The position numbers and the translations under genes were made by a program. Positions 1 to 14,572 of a stretch of 64,000 nucleotides of DNA are shown piece by piece. Each line of letters begins with the position of its first letter. The first letter of the stretch is position 1. The notes below the pieces were generated by a model that had not been told where the DNA came from, made no database searches, and was given only the letters and a program-made list of their open reading frames with translations. Source of the DNA: the human T2T-CHM13v2.0 reference genome, Homo sapiens; assembly GCF_009914755.1 (NCBI RefSeq), contig NC_060935.1, one strand, 5' to 3'.

Positions 1-460
1 GCAGAATCAAGAGGCCTCGATGACTACCCAGATATGAGGGAGACAGGAATCAAAGATTACTTGTTAACCAGTTAGAGGCTGAGTGACTAAGAGATGAGTG
101 CTACCACTTCAAAACTGGAAAGTCAGGAGGAGGTTCAGGAAGAGCTGCTCAGTATAGGAGGTAATGAGTCATATTTAGGATAGAATAATGTTTAAGGTAT
201 TGTGAGATACAGAGTTGCAATGTCTGGCTGGCAAGTGACAAAATAAAGTGGCTCCTAGGAAAGGAACTGAGGTTAAAAAGGTTTAGGAGTCAGTCGTCAT
301 TAAGACAGGAAGGGGATAAGTGAATGGACATGTCTAACATTGCATTAATTATAATTATTTGTTTTAGTATCTGTCCCCTTCCACTGAACTGTGAGCTTTC
401 TGAAGGCGGGATTAAATCATACTTTTCTTAGTTACCACAGAGCCTCATTCAGTGCTATGA

Positions 461-640
461 GGTAATATAATACAGTGTTTAGGAGTCCATGTTCCAGGTT
501 CAAATCTCAGCTCAACCACTGATTATTAGCTGTATAATCCTAGATGAGTTGGTTATATAGCTCTGTGTTCCAGTTTCTTTATCTAGGAATAGGGATAAAA
601 ATAATAGTGCCTATCCCATAGCTTTCTTAGAATTAAATTT
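461..640 (+). mobile_element. MIR SINE
   Basis: MIR core-like sequence: ccaggttcaaatctcagctc...ctctgtgttccagtttctttatct...gggataaaataatagtgcctatcccatag. Confidence 0.7.
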
Positions 641-1477
641 ATTTATTACTGTTGATTTTCAGAAGCAGCAGATCAAAATGGCTTAACAAAACAAAGAATA
701 TCTGAGGCCCTTCAAAGGAGCTATTTTAGAGCCATTCCATTTCAAGATCTTCATCTGTGGAACAGCAACTTTGCAGTATGTCATGGAGAACAAGGGATGA
801 CTGCACTACAGAATTTTTAATATTTCACATGAGCAAACACTGCAAAGAAGGAATGAGAAAGAAACGATGCTAAATATATCTTTTTAAAATGTCTGCCACT
901 AAGAGTCCAGCACCAGCAGGTGGAGCCTCATAACCACATTTTTGTCATCCCTTTCCTTTTTCTCTCCCTCAGTCATGCAATATTATTGCACGTGAAGAAA
1001 GACACTAAATGGCCTTTGAGGCTCAGTTTTCCACCATTCCAGTGGCTAGGCAATGTGCTGGCCCAACATATCTGAGTCATCTCAACAAGGATAGGCTGAT
1101 ACCAGCTGCTGAGGTCTGGAGGTGCCCCCTTCTGACAAAGCCACTTCCCTGGCCAGAGTTTCCACTAATGCACAGATACTTGGATGCTCCCTGTGACATT
1201 ACTGGAGTGAAGTCACTATTAACTATGATACTAGCCATGCTGAGTCCGGTTCAGCCAGCTCCAGCCTAAGCGTACTCTCTGTGGGATAATGAAAGTTTGG
1301 AGATTATGCATGCTCTGCTACTTGCTTGTTAGTGAGTTTAAAGCCAATATATCCTACTAGATATTGCCCTACGTGGTAATAGTAGTATGTACATCATGCC
1401 CTCCTTGAATAATAGAGAGCCTATTATGAAACAAGCAGTATAGACAAATGTTCCTATACTTATATGTTTAAAAAAAT

Positions 1478-1510
1478 GCAAAAACCATGATTACTTTTGC
1501 ACAACCTAAT
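1478..1510. mobile_element. MADE1 (Mariner MITE) half element
   Basis: gcaaaaaccatgattacttttgcacaacctaa resembles the MADE1 terminal inverted repeat (...gcaaaaaccgcaattacttttgcaccaacctaa). Confidence 0.65.
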
Positions 1511-1789
1511 AATTAATAGCAAAGATTAGAAAGAATCTAACTTCCTATCAAACGAGGCCCAATTTTAAAGTACGGCACTGGTATACAGAGTTTACATATA
1601 AATCTTTAGGACACACAAGAAATTGGTGATATGGGTTGCCTCCAGGGAAGGAAAATGGATCGATGAGTAAAGGAATGAAAGGGAGCTTTCTTCTTTCATG
1701 ACTTTTGAAGTTAGTAGCTATTTAAACTGCATCATCTATTTAAAAAGAAAATAAAGATTTAAAATTTTTAGAAAAAAATTCACCCCATC

Positions 1790-2005
1790 ACTTGTCACGG
1801 CACCCCGTTTTAACTCTTTGAATAACACTTACTACATATTTTCTTACACTCTCATTAATTTGTTTATTCTGTCTTTCCCCATAACTGAATAAAGAACACT
1901 CACTCCATGAAGTAGAGATTTTGTCTCTATTGTTCACCCTGTAGCACCCAGCACTTAAACAGGATTTAGCACCTAGCAGCCACTCAATAACCATTTGTCG
2001 AATAA
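1790..2005 (+). mobile_element. L2 LINE 3' end
   Basis: L2 3' motifs: tttgtctctattgttcaccctgtagcacccagcac...cactcaataaccatttgtcgaataaa. Confidence 0.65.
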
Positions 2006-2399
2006 ACCTAAATCGACTTTGCTGTCTTACCTCCTAAACCTCCCCTCCTCCAGAATTCTGAGTTTGGTGGCCTTCTTCAACGTTTTCATTAACACCTAGC
2101 ATGGACCTCTATCTCTAGAGTTCTCACATGGTATTATAATTGCCTGTTTGTGTTGGGCTTCGGCCAGAAAACTGTCATCTATTTAAGGGCACAGACTTGG
2201 TGCCTGACATACAACTGACAATAAATATTCAATGAAATCTATCAAAATAACAGGCTGACGCTACCAGAGGTCCAGGAGTCGCAGGGATTGCTCAAATAAG
2301 AGCACAGGAAGACTCAGCTGCGCAAGGGATCAGATCATCAGCACTGCCTTTGCATCGATGCAATCAGACCGATTGTCACCGGTCAGAAAAGCCCCAGAA

Positions 2400-2930
2400 G
2401 CGCCACACTAACACGCCCCATGTTGCAACCGTCCTCTCCAACCCCAAAGAAAACAGAAGATTGACACAGGCACCACGTGAGCGCCCGAACCAAACACAAA
2501 CACATGCACCCTAAACACTGAGAGAACCACCCAACGCAGACACCCTACTGCCCACACTGCACCAAGGGCGCCTCTGGGATCCATCCCCTTTCCCTAGGTT
2601 CTCAGCCCTAGCTGGCAAGGCGGATAGAGAAGACCGGAAGAGGCTGAAAAGAGGAAGCGGTGATTTGCTGCCCGTATGCCCGCCAGTAAGAAGTGCCACA
2701 CACCTCCGCTTCGGCTCAGGCCGGATTCTCACCATGCGTGTGCCTTCTTCTTTGCCAGCCTCTCCACTCTAGCACCAGAACACCGCAGCGGATACTTGCA
2801 CGCCATCTCCCCTGGGCGCGGCCATGTTGGAGAAAACTGCACTACATTTCCCATGAGCCCGCGGGACAACGAACAGCGCTCCCACAGTCCTCTTCGCCTC
2901 CCAGAGCCCGGGAGTGACCCTTTTTCGACC
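2400..2930 (-). promoter_or_regulatory. ALKBH8: CpG-rich housekeeping promoter, probably of ALKBH8
   Basis: Local CpG enrichment. ACTACATTTCCCA (ZNF143/THAP11-type motif) at 2841-2853; YY1-like AACATGGCCGC and AGATGGCG on the minus strand (~2800-2828); E-box CACGTG at 2474-2479. Gene identity comes from the known head-to-head order with ELMOD1. Confidence 0.75.
2704..2838 (-). other. ALKBH8: ALKBH8 first exon (essentially 5'UTR) with two alternative donors
   Basis: Minus-strand donors GAG|GTGTGT (exon ends 2704) and ATG|GTGAGA (exon ends 2733). The transcription start (TSS) is placed approximately, just downstream of the ZNF143 motif. No ALKBH8 coding exon is in the window, so identity is by synteny. 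Confidence 0.6.
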
Positions 2931-3137
2931 AAGTGTCTTTGTAAAGTGCTGTCTGTTACACTGAAAATTCAGTTGTCTTTTTGGGGGGAGTAGTAATAAT
3001 TGGTAGTGCAGCTATATTTTTATCTGTTGCTCTCCAAATGGACAAGGTCAAACAGGTTTGGGCCCTTTGGTCTTTCAGCAATGTCCCCTGGCACCTTCTA
3101 TTCTTCGTGCATATTTCCTCCTGAATCTTATTAGAGG

Positions 3138-3626
3138 TGAGAAAGGAAAATAAATCTTGGTGCCACAAAATCACTAAGCTAAAGGGAAAAGTCAAGCTAG
3201 GAACTGCTTGGGCAAACCTGCCTCCCATTCTATTCAAAGTCATCCCTCTGAGTCATCCCTCTGCTCACTGAGATAAATGCATATCTGATTGCCTCCTTTG
3301 GAAAGGCTCATCAGAAACTCAAAAGAATGCAACCATTTGTCTCTCAGCTGTAATACGTGCGACCTGGAAGCCCCCTCCTCACTTTGAGTTGGCCCGCCTC
3401 TGCTTCAATTTGTCCCTCCTTTCTGGACGGAACCAATGTTCATCTTACATATATTGATTGATGCCTCATGTCTCCCTAAAATGTATAAAACCAAGCTGTG
3501 CCCCGACCACCCTGGACACATATCATCAGGACCTCCTGAGGCTGTGTCACGGGCGGGCGTCCTTAACTTTGGCAAAATAAATTTCCTAAATTGTCTGAGA
3601 CCTGTCTCAGATATTCAGGGTTCACA
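3138..3626 (+). mobile_element. ERV1 solo LTR, MER4A-like
   Basis: TG...CA ends; start tgagaaaggaaaataaatcttgg...aatcactaagctaaagggaaaagtcaagc; AATAAA at 3576-3581; imperfect 4-bp TSD gagg/gaga. Confidence 0.75.
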
Positions 3627-4472
3627 GAGATATGGGAGAGGATCCTGGGGTCTGAAAGATGGCATTGCATGGGCGGGAGGGAAGGAAGTGAATATGCATG
3701 AATGTGCCAGGGGAATGGTGAGTACCACAGAGTAATAGAAAGATGTGTGGAAGAATGGTGAAGGAAGCAAGACAGAATTCTGTAGGCCTGCAGAGTGGGA
3801 GTTGCAGGGAGGAAGGTTAGAGAAATGAAATGATATGACCAGAGCTTCTTGTGGCAAGTGGGAGGAGAGACTAGAAGATGACTGATGAAGTGAAAAGTAA
3901 CGAAATATTAACAAGCCCAGTAGTGGCAGAGGGAAAGAAAAAAGAGCTGGTAACAGATCATAAGTAAAAGACAAAGGAGAGGGTGATGATTAGCAGTTGT
4001 TCCTGCTCTGTTATTTGTTATATAAATGTACCATAATCCTTCTACCTGCATTGGTTTATGAGCTATGTGAGTGCAGGGAGGGAAAGGTGTAGGGGAAGAG
4101 GAATCACCTTCCCATGTTGTTGATACAATGGCCCCTATCTGCAGTGCACCACAGTGGACTAACAATAAAATAGCTGGCTGACCAGGAAAAGTGGCAGTGA
4201 AAAAAGAGTGCTGTTGAGTGGCGGAATGATTTGTGTGGAGAATAGGTTACAAACATGAAAGAACAGAAGAGGCAGATAGGCAAGCATTGCAATAGTCTAG
4301 GAAAGAAAGGGTGAGACCAAAACTTAATAGTAAAAATGAGGAGGCAAGTGCAAGCTGGAGAGGTCAAATCCACCAGACATTGCAAGCTACATGAGTATAA
4401 GAGGACACACAGGAAATCTCCCCATTGCAATTCTGCTTCTGCACTACTGGATGCTTTCAAAAACACATCCCC

Positions 4473-4670
4473 ATAGAGCTTTCTGCAATGATGGAAATAT
4501 TTTATAGTTTGAGCTGTCCAACATAATAGACACTAGTTAACGTGTGGCTTATGAGCATTTCAAATGTGGCTAGTATGACTAAGGAAATGAATTTTGAATG
4601 TTTAAATTTTAGTTTCAATTAAACTTAAGTAGCCACAAGTGGCCGGTGTCTACCAAACTGGATAACAGTG
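4473..4670. mobile_element. MER3 (hAT-Charlie) DNA transposon
   Basis: atagagctttctgcaatgatggaaatatt...gctgtccaacat...aaatgtggctagtatgactaagg...tagccacaagtggc. Confidence 0.75.
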
Positions 4671-4981
4671 TAAAATATCCTCTTATCTCTTACTGATCAA
4701 ATTCAATTACTTCATCTCAGTATTTGTCCTGCTTTAAGGTGCTGAAGCTTTTAAAACTTTTTTTCTGCACCTCTCTTTTAATTCTCTTTATACGATCTGA
4801 TCACTTACTTTCAGAATTTTCCACTAGCTTCTCTCACTCTGTCCGTAATTAAATATAGGCAATCCCTCAGATTTTGAGTTTGACTCTTTTCTGTTATTCT
4901 AGTCTCTTCCTGTCTGCCCTCCCCAGAGTTATAAAGAGATTTGTGAATCATTCCCTAATCTTTATCTTCAGCCCTGGCTTC

Positions 4982-5381
4982 TATTAAAAGAAAAACTTTA
5001 GCCAAATTAAATTTAAAGGAGTTTAATTGAGCAATGAACTTTTGATTCGTAAATCGGGCAGCCCCCAGAATCACAGCAGATTTGGAGAGACTCCAGCACA
5101 GCCATGTGGTGGAGGATTTGTAGACAAAAAAAAAAAAAGGAAATGATGTACAGAAATCAGAAGTGAGGTGCAGAAACAGCTGTTATTGGTTACAGGTTGG
5201 TGTTTGCCTTATTTGAACACTGTTCAAACAGTTGGCTACATTTGATTGGCCAAAACTCAGCGATTGGCACAGGTGTGGGCTATGGTTGGTTTACTCCTCC
5301 ACTTGTTCACGATGTACAGAAAAACCTTTAGGCTGAACTTAAATATGTAAGGAGGCAGCTTTAGGCTAAACTTGATTAACA
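4982..5381 (-). mobile_element. ERV1 solo LTR, MER57-like
   Basis: Minus strand begins tgttaatcaagtttagcctaaagctgcctccttacata; several CCAAT boxes; perfect 4-bp TSD cttc at 4978-4981 and 5382-5385. Confidence 0.8.
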
Positions 5382-5969
5382 CTTCCCTTTAGAAACCAGA
5401 GTGGTTTCTAAAGAATATGGGGGCATTGGAGTATGACCTGAAATCAAAACTACAAAACAGCATTTATTTTGTTGAGATTTACGTGATAATTAATAAAACA
5501 CCAAACAGAGATTAGCTGTTAAGTGATTATTCATTTATCTTCTTCTCCTGAGTTACAAGCCTTCATTTCCCATTATCTGCTGCCCATCCATGTCTCAATA
5601 TCTCCAGAAAAAGGTGAATACATATACAATTTTGTGTGACATCCTTTGTATACAGACCCTTATCTTTTCTTGGAATATTGCATAGACCATTTCTTCTAAG
5701 GAAGATGATTCCCCAAAAGATTTTCAGGTACACTGAGACCTTGTTTTATTTATTATGTAACCACAATGTCTTCCATAGTCTTGTAATACTAGAAATTTAA
5801 TAAATGTTGAGCTGAAAAGGAATTTTTATTTGAAGATATAATTCATCTTCACCTGTGCCAAACACTTTACATGGTGATCTATAATAATTTTTCAAAAGTA
5901 TGAAATGCTGACCTGTTTCCTTAGTAAAACCTTAGTCTCAACTTCATGAGAGGTGAGTCCTCTATGTGA

Positions 5970-6670
<701 letters not shown>

Positions 6671-6852
6671 CTTCCCTGAATTGAGAGCACCATCTCAAAG
6701 TACAGGTAAGATCAGCCCACCAATTAACACATTTATTATGAATTATAATAGAATATAAGTGAAATATAAGTGAATTTAATCAGATTAACCAACACTGCAT
6801 TTTAAAGTATTGAAAAATAAAGTTCCAGAAATTAAGGCTAGGAGTAACATAT

Positions 6853-7622
6853 TGAAAGGGGATAACTTCCCTTGTCCCCCTCGCAAGGCGTGCAGCGGGG
6901 GAGTGATTCGCTTCTTCAGTGCCCTGCTGCTCCAACCTCTAGGGGAGCATGCAGACGGGCAGGCTGTGGGGCTCTGACCCCATGGCAGTGTCTAGGGGTG
7001 AATGTTTACACCTACTGAAGCCCCAGTGGGCGTGTGTTACAGGGTGTTCTTATAGCTTAGCTGGCCATTAGGTGGCTTGTGTTAGTCAGCTCAATTAGAC
7101 CCCCTTCCTTATCACGTGGACGGAGGGCTTTCTGTATCCCAGGGTTTCTTGCCTTGGTGTACCAGAAGAATCAGATCACACTGGGCTTGGAGAATGAGTG
7201 CAAGGTTTTATTGAGTGGGAGTAGCTCTCAGCAGATGGGGGAGCCAGAGGGAGATGGTTTTCCCCTGGAGTTGGGCGCTCAGTGGCTCAGGCTCTCCTCC
7301 AGCCGCCGTGGCCAAACTCTGCATAGTTCTGCCCGTTGAAGGCCTGCCGACCTGCCTGTGTCTGCTGCCTGTGTCTGTTGGTGTGCCCTTCCGCCGGTGT
7401 GCTCCCCTGGACGTCCTCTGGACGTCCAGCCGCTTGTGTGTCTGCCTGCTAGGGTCTCGGGGTTTTTATAGACACAGGATGGCATGCCAGGGTGGTCTTG
7501 GGAAATGCAACATTTGGATGCGAAGGCAGGAGTGCATTCCCTGGGCACAGGCCTGGGGGTGGAACCCTCGCCAGGGACCCGCCCTTCTCCTCCCAGCATT
7601 TCCCTGCCTCCCTTCCATATCA
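6853..7622 (-). mobile_element. ERV1 solo LTR, LTR1-like
   Basis: Minus strand begins tgatatggaagggaggcagggaaatgctggg and contains aaatgttgcatttcccaagaccacc, tataaaaaccccgagaccctagcaggcagacacacaagcggctggacgtc and AATAAA; TSD atat/atgt. Confidence 0.75.
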
Positions 7623-7993
7623 ATGTCATTTAGAATTGCTTTTAGTTGCCAGTAACAGAAAACTGGGCTGATTGCTTAAACAAATAGTTGTCTTTCCTCA
7701 AATGACAAGCCAGCCAGACAAGGCAATCACTGGTACTGTTTCTGCTGCTGAAAAATGCCCTCTGTTCTTCTGCTCTGCCATCCTTGATGTATTGACTTGT
7801 TATCTTCATTCCTGATGTCTCCTGGTTACAAAGTAGCTGCTACAGTTCCAGACATCTTGTCCCCATACTGGCATCTCTAATTGAAAAAAAAAAAAAAAAA
7901 AGCAGTTTCTCAGTCTTTTCATCCAGGAAATACAGCTCCCAATGGACTTCTCTCTTTTTTTCTTTTTTTTTAAAGCACACATGAGTTTCATAC

Positions 7994-8566
7994 TATAGTA
8001 GGCAGGATAATGGGCCCCCAAAAACTTTCACACTCTAATCTCTGGAATTTATGAATATATGGGTGTAGTTAGGTTTGCAGACTTTAAAATAGATTATCCT
8101 AGTTTTGCCAAGGGCCCAGTCTAATCACACAATTCCTTAAAGGCAAAGCATTTACTCTAGCTATTCCAGCTAGAGAAGTCAGAGTGGTTCCAAGTGTGGA
8201 TTCCAACACTAGCCAGCTCTGAGATGTAAGGGTCTATGTGCAAGGACATGGAGCAAGGCCTCTAATGAGCTAGGGGCCATCCCATCTGATAACCAACAAG
8301 GAAATGGGGACTTCATCCTGCACACACAGGAACTGTCTTCTGCCAACAACCTGAATACGTTTGGAAGCAGATCCTTCCAAGGGTATCTTGATAAGAGCCC
8401 AGCCAGTTGGCTTCTTGGGATTTTGTCTTTATGAAGTTCGGAGCAGAGAAGTCAACTGAACCAACCCAAACTTACAACCTACAGAACTGTGATATAATAA
8501 ATTTGCGTTGCTGTGAACTGCTAAACTTGTGGTAATTTGTTACAGCAGCAATAGAAAACTATTACA
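7994..8566 (+). mobile_element. MaLR LTR (MLT1D/E-like) nested in an older MLT1 LTR
   Basis: tagtaggcaggataatgggcccccaaa...ggtaatttgttacagcagcaatagaaaactattaca; MLT1-like flanks at 7625-7990 and 8575-8790. Confidence 0.7.
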
Positions 8567-8877
8567 CACTCTCACCCCCATATCAAACAGTAGCTAAGGG
8601 AAGTAGAATTACCATGACTGCTATAAGGCCAATCATGATTCACTCTGTGGGGCTTGGATGAAGTGTGTCCTCCCTGAGATCAAGAGACCTTGACAGACTA
8701 TGGGCAGGGAATGAGGGGAATAGGTTTCTATTAGCAAGAAAAAGGGGAGACAATCATTGGGTAGACCACTAACAGTGTGTCCCATAAGGGATGGAGCACT
8801 TATTTTTGGCCAGATTGTCACATTACGAGCTCTCCCCAAACCTATGAGAAAAGGATGCTAAAAGAATGGCCACTCTT

Positions 8878-9016
8878 CAATTAGCCAGACATGGTGGCAT
8901 GCACCTATAGTCCTAGCTACTCAAGAGGCTAACATGGGAGGATCACTTGAGCCCAAGAATTCAAGGTGACAGTGAGCTATGATTGCACCACTGAACTCCA
9001 GCCTGGACGACAGAGT
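8878..9016 (+). mobile_element. Alu right monomer (FRAM/AluJ)
   Basis: aattagccagacatggtggcatgcacctatagtcctagctactc...ccagcctggacgacagagt. Confidence 0.8.
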
Positions 9017-11252
9017 AATGAGCACTCTCATCAGCTAATAAAGCATCCAAAACTAGAATTCTTACAGCTATTGTATTCTAGTTCAAGAGTCTTCAATCAG
9101 AAAAAAATTGAAAATGGCCCCAATAGTCCTTGAAAATTGTTACATTTTTACTGTAGTTCCAAACTATGAAACTGTTTGACTGCAGTTTCAAACTCAATTC
9201 CTATGGTTATGAGGTTTCTAACCTCGCCCTTCTCCCTACAGCCCCTTTCCCCACCATCTGTTTCTGGCTACTTTCTAGTTTTTCTTCCAGTTGTCCCCTG
9301 TGGCAACTGTACTAGTTTTGCTTGTTTTTCTATTTATGGTTTAAAAAAAAAAAGTTTTATTTCTCAGTCTTTCCTCTCATTTACTCTTCTGCTACTTATT
9401 TTATTCCTCCTGGAAAAATGACAAATTTGTATCAAGTTTTCTTTCCAAAGTTGTGTCTTCTCTGCTGCTTCCCTGGTTGCTGGCTTCTTGAAACTTCAGC
9501 AAGAATGCATTATGTAAAACCATTTGATGTTCACTGTGACATTTCAGGACTGAATACATTATTCACGCTATGGTGATAAAAATTCAATGAAAAGTTTGCA
9601 GTTTTATAAGTCATATGGTGAAAGTATTCCCTGTACAGTAATTAGAGGCAAAAGGTAACCAAGAAAAAAAACAGAGGAGAAGGAAAAGGGTCAGCCTTTA
9701 ATTTATAATACAAAACATAAAACTCAGCTTGGAGAATTCATTTATTATTATTTTTTTTTTTTGGTCATTTGCAAAGCATACAATTTTAGCTATGAAGCAT
9801 TAACCTCCCCCAAATGGTCTATTTATTCTTGAGGCTAAAGGCCTGCTTACTTTGCAGAATAATTTTCTTTTCTACACAGATTTTTTAAATAGATGAGAAT
9901 AAAGAACTAGCAGGCAACTCAGGGTGCAGGAAAATCTTTGGGGTGGCTAGAGGTGTGGGATTTGTGGATTTTAAAAGGTTATGATAAAATAAAACAAAAT
10001 CTTTTAAAAATGTTTCCCTTAAATGTAGAAGAAAAAAGTATATTTTAAAAATGTATAAACATTTCATTTAAAAATGTCTTGCCACATTGATGGCTTCATT
10101 CTATCATTAATTTCTCAAAGACCCAAAGATATTTGCCCAGAGAGGGCAAGCTTCATTATTAACTATATTTGTGATCGCTTCTAGTTTGGGGAGTAGACTT
10201 CTTGTCAGATCTGATTAGATAGTCTCAGCTGTTAGGTTGGGACTGAGAGCTCATACTAGGAGCATTAATTTTGCTATTTTCTGTTGGTTATTTGTGCTTG
10301 AATTATTGTCTTTATTCATCTTCACTGTAGGGAATTCAGAGTTTTCTAACCCACTTGTCCATTTTGCAAAAAATAGTTTTTGGATTACATAATCCAAAAA
10401 TCCATTTATCAGGCACCACAAAAAATAATGTCTCGCTTAAATCAAAAGAGGGAGGATGCCAGAGGCAGCTGTCCTGCCTGTGAGCTCTCACTCCTCTCCT
10501 CTTCTAGAGCACCTCTCATAAAGTCTGTGACATGTAACATCAGACATTCACACCTAATGAAGCTTCCAGGATATTAAATGTGAATAGAGATTAATTTGTT
10601 TTAGATAAACATATAAATGGAATTTCTAGAATATTCTTCTAAATCCCACAAGCCATACACACTTCACTTTAGAGGCCACTGCACTAGGGCATGTTCCTCA
10701 AAGGCTGGTTCTTAGACTACTTGCATCAGAATCACTGAAGTGCTTGGTTAAGTGGTCTCCAACCCCACTAGACATAACGAGTCAACTTAAAGCACATATA
10801 AATTTTAATTCTCTGAACACCAGTTGGTTACAGTGTGTGCTCCAAAATCTCTGGGGCCAGGGCCCAGTAACCTGCATGTTTAACAAGCAATTTTGCTACT
10901 TTTGCAAGTGTTCAACCACTGAGGAAAAAGATTGTATGTTATGTGTCAACATAGACCTCTTTAAAAATCATCCCCAGAGTGAGAAGCTGCCAGATTTCTA
11001 GTATATTTGGAATTCTCATTTCAAGGGAAGTATTTTAATTTTATAAGGTGCAAGGACCAAGAAGCAGATGATTCAAAGTTCAGATTATTAAATTATTAAA
11101 GAATAATAGATTATGTTTTATAATTTGACAAAAGTTTTTAAAAAATTTTTAATAAAAAATAAAAACAACTCTTTTTGGCATCTCTTATATCCCATTTTAC
11201 AAATGTAACAACTGAGACTTAAAGACAAAATGTATGAGCTGTTTAAATATAA

Positions 11253-11537
<285 letters not shown>

Positions 11538-11604
11538 TAAATATAAAATATTTTAAAGAGTGATTTACATCCATGTCTGTTATCGCATGAGTAAAAGAGC
11601 TAGC

Positions 11605-12160
<556 letters not shown>

Positions 12161-12640
12161 TATTGCTGAGGGACACCATTGCAGAAAAGACGTGTCCTTT
12201 TTTATATTTTGAAGTATTCCAAGTATAATGAGACAAAAATATAGACATAAAAAGGTGAAAAATGTTTTGTTAAAGTGGGTGCATCTGTTATGCAAACACA
12301 TACAGGGTAGTTTACATAGTATAACTTTTAAAATCTTTAAGAATGATAGTGTATACAGAGTCTTAATTGAAAGTTTAGATGAGATAATATTTCTAAAGGA
12401 CAAACAGCATTGTCTTGTTTTCTTCTCTTGCCCCTGCTTTCAAAGTCAGAAATAAGATTGAGTATCATTATTTTCTCACCTATTTAAAATATGGCTTAGG
12501 GGACCACGTGGTCAATGGAAAGTTAACCAGACCTAGAATTTACTTTTCAATATCTCTAGGAGGCCTGTTGACATAATCAGGATGAGGAATTAACAATTAA
12601 TTAGCGTTGATTATGACCCTCTTCACGAAACAACACGTCG

Positions 12641-13332
<692 letters not shown>

Positions 13333-13845
13333 ATATCTTATTCAGAAAAGCTTTGAAAAAATTACTTGAAACAAAAAGTTTAGTGAAGTTGAATGTTTGA
13401 CCTGGTAATACAGGTGGACCATGATCTCATATTAGCAAATGTTTTTCATACCTATCATTATTATTTGGGGCTTGTGAGTTTCTGACTTATTTCTTATGTT
13501 ATCCCTCATATTACACATACCTCCGTAGTTTTAAATGGTCTTTCAGGCCAATGAATATAAATAAATATTATGAGATGAGGTGAGGTGGTTAGCAGTGACT
13601 TCACATTAATTGGTTTTAATCAAACCCAAGGAAATTGGGGTGAGGTGAGGTGAGGTGGTTAGACAAGCCTTGGCAAAGAATTCAGGAAACAAAAAATTAG
13701 GGACAAATTGTTAAAGACAAAAATCTAGGACCCAAAGAAAATACAAATTCTTTTCAGTGTATCAGGCACCTTTGACCAGGAGGTGGCAGCAGTGGAAGCA
13801 AGAACGTCTAGAAACAAAGTATCCTGGGGCAAATACCAACACTAT

Positions 13846-14572
13846 TGAAACCACTTTTGCAAAATTATAACTGAGGAAATGATGACAGTGAAAGAAATCA
13901 GATCTAACTGTCTCTGTCTTGCTTCTAACCTTTAAGCTGTCCTTGTTCATTCCTGGGCACAGGTCAAACTAACTTTGAGAAGGAATTCAGTTCATGGTTT
14001 GACTCTGAAACAAAATTGATAACAGCCCTTTCCCAAAAAGACCCCCTTCTTGCCTGGGGACCAGTCTGCCTTTGCTGGACTAACTTAGCTACAAGATTGG
14101 AAATTACAGTTTAGGGGTCATACAATCTCTGGTTCCAAGAGTCTGAACCTTTCCAAATTGCTCCTGGGGATAACATCACTATTATAAAACCTAAGATCAG
14201 TGCTTGAGATATTTTGCAGACCCTGCACTTGACGGATCAGCTGACACCACACAGACTGGTAATCTGGCTCAACCAGTTCTGCCATCACACACAGGAGCAG
14301 AAGACAGCAAGAAAAACTCACTTCAACCCCCTATGATTCCATCTCCACCCTGACCAATCAGCACTCCCCTCTTCCCAAGCCCTTACCCACCAAATTATCT
14401 TTAAAAACTCTGATCCCTGAATGCTCAGGGAGACTGATTTGAGTAGTAATAAAACTCTGGTCTCCGGCACAGCCGGCTCTGGTGAATTACTCTTTCTCCA
14501 TTGCAATTCCCCTGTCTTGATAAATCGGCTCCGCCTAGGCAGAGGGAAAGGTGAACCCACTGGGCAGTTATA
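13846..14572 (+). mobile_element. ERV1 solo LTR, LTR8-like
   Basis: tgaaaccacttttgcaaaattataactgaggaaat...gctgtccttgttcattcctgggc...aataaaactctggtctcc...cactgggcagtta. Confidence 0.8.

Noticed and set aside
1009-1330. 86-aa ORF in unique-looking sequence of the putative ALKBH8 intron 1
   Set aside because: No recognisable homology or convincing splice structure.
2511-2993. 67-105 aa ORFs at the left promoter
   Set aside because: GC-rich promoter artefacts that run through splice donors.
7079-7655. 146, 116 and 86 aa ORFs
   Set aside because: They lie almost entirely inside a GC-rich solo LTR.
13574-13662. Repeated gaggtgaggtggttag
   Set aside because: A short local duplication or pentamer run; not array-like and no functional cue.
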